Source: a virus
Lineage: Duplodnaviria > Heunggongvirae > Uroviricota > Caudoviricetes
Length of the DNA: 28,151 nt
IMG/VR virus record: IMGVR_UViG_2563366928_000002
Direction: 5' to 3' (one strand)
Part shown: piece by piece, positions 26,691 through 28,151 of the stretch
How positions within the stretch are numbered: position 1 is the first letter of the stretch
Layout: every line of letters starts with the position of its first letter
Made by a program: the position numbers and the translations under genes
Notes under the pieces: generated by a model
Database searches by the model: none
Told to the model about the DNA's origin: nothing
The model's input: the letters and a program-made list of their open reading frames with translations, nothing else

Positions 26691-27740
26691 TTACGCCAGT
26701 ACGCCAATTGCCAGCGCGCGATCGATAAAACGAAATATCAGCTCCAGTTGGGAGCCATACTTATCTTCAAATGCCACTGTATCCGTATGCAGCTCGTTGT
26801 GATGCTTTCTGCACAAAGGCAACACAAAGAGATCATGTGCTTTTGTTCCCATTCCGCCCTGCCCGTGACCAATCAGATGATGCGGATCGTCGGCTGGCAT
26901 ACCGCAGCAAGCACACGGCTGTGTCTTAACCCAACGTGTGTATTTCTCCTTAACCCAGCGGCGACGTTTAGGCAGCTTCATGAAAGATTCCGGAGACTCT
27001 GGATCAACGGTGATGCTTACCACCGTCTTTTCCTGTGGTGATTTTTGTTGCTGGTGGGCGTAAGGCAACGGTGCAAGATTTTTTGTGCGTTGTTTCAATA
27101 TGCTGGTGGCGGTCTGCTCTCCCGGTACGATGTCGCTTTCGCGGTACACCGAGCAGATTTTTTCCGCTGGTAATCCCAGCGAACGACGCGATACAGCCTC
27201 AGGTAGTGCATCCACCACCTGATTGCAGACCGCCCACCAGGATAATTCAGCCAAAGATAATTCCCGCTCCTGCGTACCGCTTATTGCGTGACGGATGACG
27301 TCAATCACCCATGCTGTCAGATTTTGTTGAGCAAGCAGCTCCAGTGATTCCGATGTCTGGTCACGCAGTTGGTTGTCGCAGTGCCAGCACAACACCATTG
27401 CGCCGGTACCATAACGGTGAATGACTGTTTCAGTGTGATGGTAATCGCCATTAGGCCACTGGCAGGATGTAACATGACGTAATAGCCAGTCGGACAATGC
27501 GCCAACGCCGCCAGCAGCACGAATCACCCGTTCGTTACTAAAAAACGGCAGCAATGTTTTGTCTTCCGCCAGCGGCTGGCGAACGGCAGGAACGACTCCG
27601 GATGGCAGATTACGCATGCTTTTTGGTTCCGGTTCCACCAGCACTCGAGGATTATGAAATATCTGTATGGATTCACGGCCCGGCTTAAGGACCACCAGCC
27701 CAAGCTCAGGCACCAGAACAGGTCTAAGTAATACCCGCAC
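26691..27740 (-). CDS. ydfU: YdfU-like DUF968 protein with C-terminal HNH-like Cys/His motif
   Basis: GTG start at 27740 preceded by GGAGGT gives 349 aa; C-terminus CACCGMPADDPHHLIGHG ... CRKHHNELH; track ORF extends to 27779. Confidence 0.65.
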   Translation of the reverse strand: MRVLLRPVLVPELGLVVLKPGRESIQIFHNPRVLVEPEPKSMRNLPSGVVPAVRQPLAEDKTLLPFFSNERVIRAAGGVGALSDWLLRHVTSCQWPNGDYHHTETVIHRYGTGAMVLCWHCDNQLRDQTSESLELLAQQNLTAWVIDVIRHAISGTQERELSLAELSWWAVCNQVVDALPEAVSRRSLGLPAEKICSVYRESDIVPGEQTATSILKQRTKNLAPLPYAHQQQKSPQEKTVVSITVDPESPESFMKLPKRRRWVKEKYTRWVKTQPCACCGMPADDPHHLIGHGQGGMGTKAHDLFVLPLCRKHHNELHTDTVAFEDKYGSQLELIFRFIDRALAIGVLA

Positions 27741-27993
27741 GTTACCTCCAGATCCGTTGCTGGAAAGTGCGGGACGCACGTGGTGGGCGTTCGGAATAAG
27801 GCAGCCTGACAGAGATTATCCAGTGCCGATAGTCGAGACTGAGAGCTTTCTTAACCTCGAACCCGCGCCTGCGGTAAGAATGAATCAGCCATTCGGCCTG
27901 TTCTGCAGTGCATGGAGGGTGCCGGGACCATTCAGACTTGAATGCGTGAGAATACCGCCCGTGCGTGCAGGCAAGAACGGGCGAATTATCAGG

Positions 27994-28151
27994 GTGATGC
28001 TGCCAACTTACTGATTTAGTGTATGATGGTGTTTTTGAGGTGCTCCAGTGGCTTCTGTTTCTATCAGCTGTCCCTCCTGTTCAGCTACTGACGGGGTGGT
28101 GCGTAACGGCAAAAGCACCGCCGGACATCAGCGCTATCTCTGCTCTCACTG
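27994..28151 (+). mobile_element. IS1 left end (partial, element continues right of window)
   Basis: GGTGATGCTGCCAACTTACTGATTTAGTGTATGATGGTGTTTTTGAGGTGCTCCAGTGGCTTCTG... matches recalled IS1 left terminus. Confidence 0.9.
28048..28151 (+). CDS. insA: IS1 InsA N-terminal part (partial CDS, GTG start)
   Basis: Translation (M)[34 protein letters not shown] matches recalled InsA zinc-finger N-terminus. Confidence 0.85.
   Translation, partial: MASVSISCPSCSATDGVVRNGKSTAGHQRYLCSH

Noticed and set aside
27741-27993. Possible 5'-truncated gene between ydfU and the right IS1
   Set aside because: Codon-by-codon translation of the frame ending at the stop overlapping the ydfU start hit stop codons after 24 and 47 codons; no long ORF exists here, so I cannot support a CDS call (it may be a degraded remnant)

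Overview
This window is about 27.9 kb of a defective lambdoid prophage of the E. coli type, bracketed by two partial IS1 copies in inverted orientation (1..58 and 27994..28151), each with its insA-proximal end facing inward. Most prophage genes are on the minus strand. Reading the minus strand from high to low coordinates: ydfU-like DUF968 gene, Q antiterminator, a candidate pR'-like promoter and hairpin, a Q-to-S interval expanded by cold-shock and small-protein genes (cspF, cspB, a CxxC protein), a phage-21-type lysis cassette (holin, ydfR-like, SAR endolysin, Rz with embedded Rz1), cspI, ynfN, gnsB, a plus-strand ynfO/ydfO pair, an intact lambda-type cos, and an essentially lambda-like packaging and head-to-tail block (Nu1, A, W, B, C/Nu3, D, E, FI, FII, Z, U, V, G/T). 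Z is frameshifted in a 7-C homopolymer. Directly after T the tail region is broken by an IS3-family element (6952..9432) that itself carries a nested IS30 (7868..9088, 2-bp GT duplication), whose transposase has an in-frame TGA. Tail genes H, M, L, K, I and most of J are absent; only the J C-terminus remains. Downstream lie lom, a 740-aa side tail fiber with lambda Stf-like N-terminus and a different C-terminus, three coupled unknown genes (93, 234 and 97 aa) in place of a canonical tfa, a convergent Pin-family serine invertase, and a ydfK/ynaE-like small gene. No tRNA, rRNA or CRISPR array was seen. Identifications are from recalled protein families and hand inspection, not database searches; small-ORF and promoter calls are tentative. 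The most unusual content is the non-canonical tail fiber module and the layered IS architecture, not a clearly new multi-gene system.
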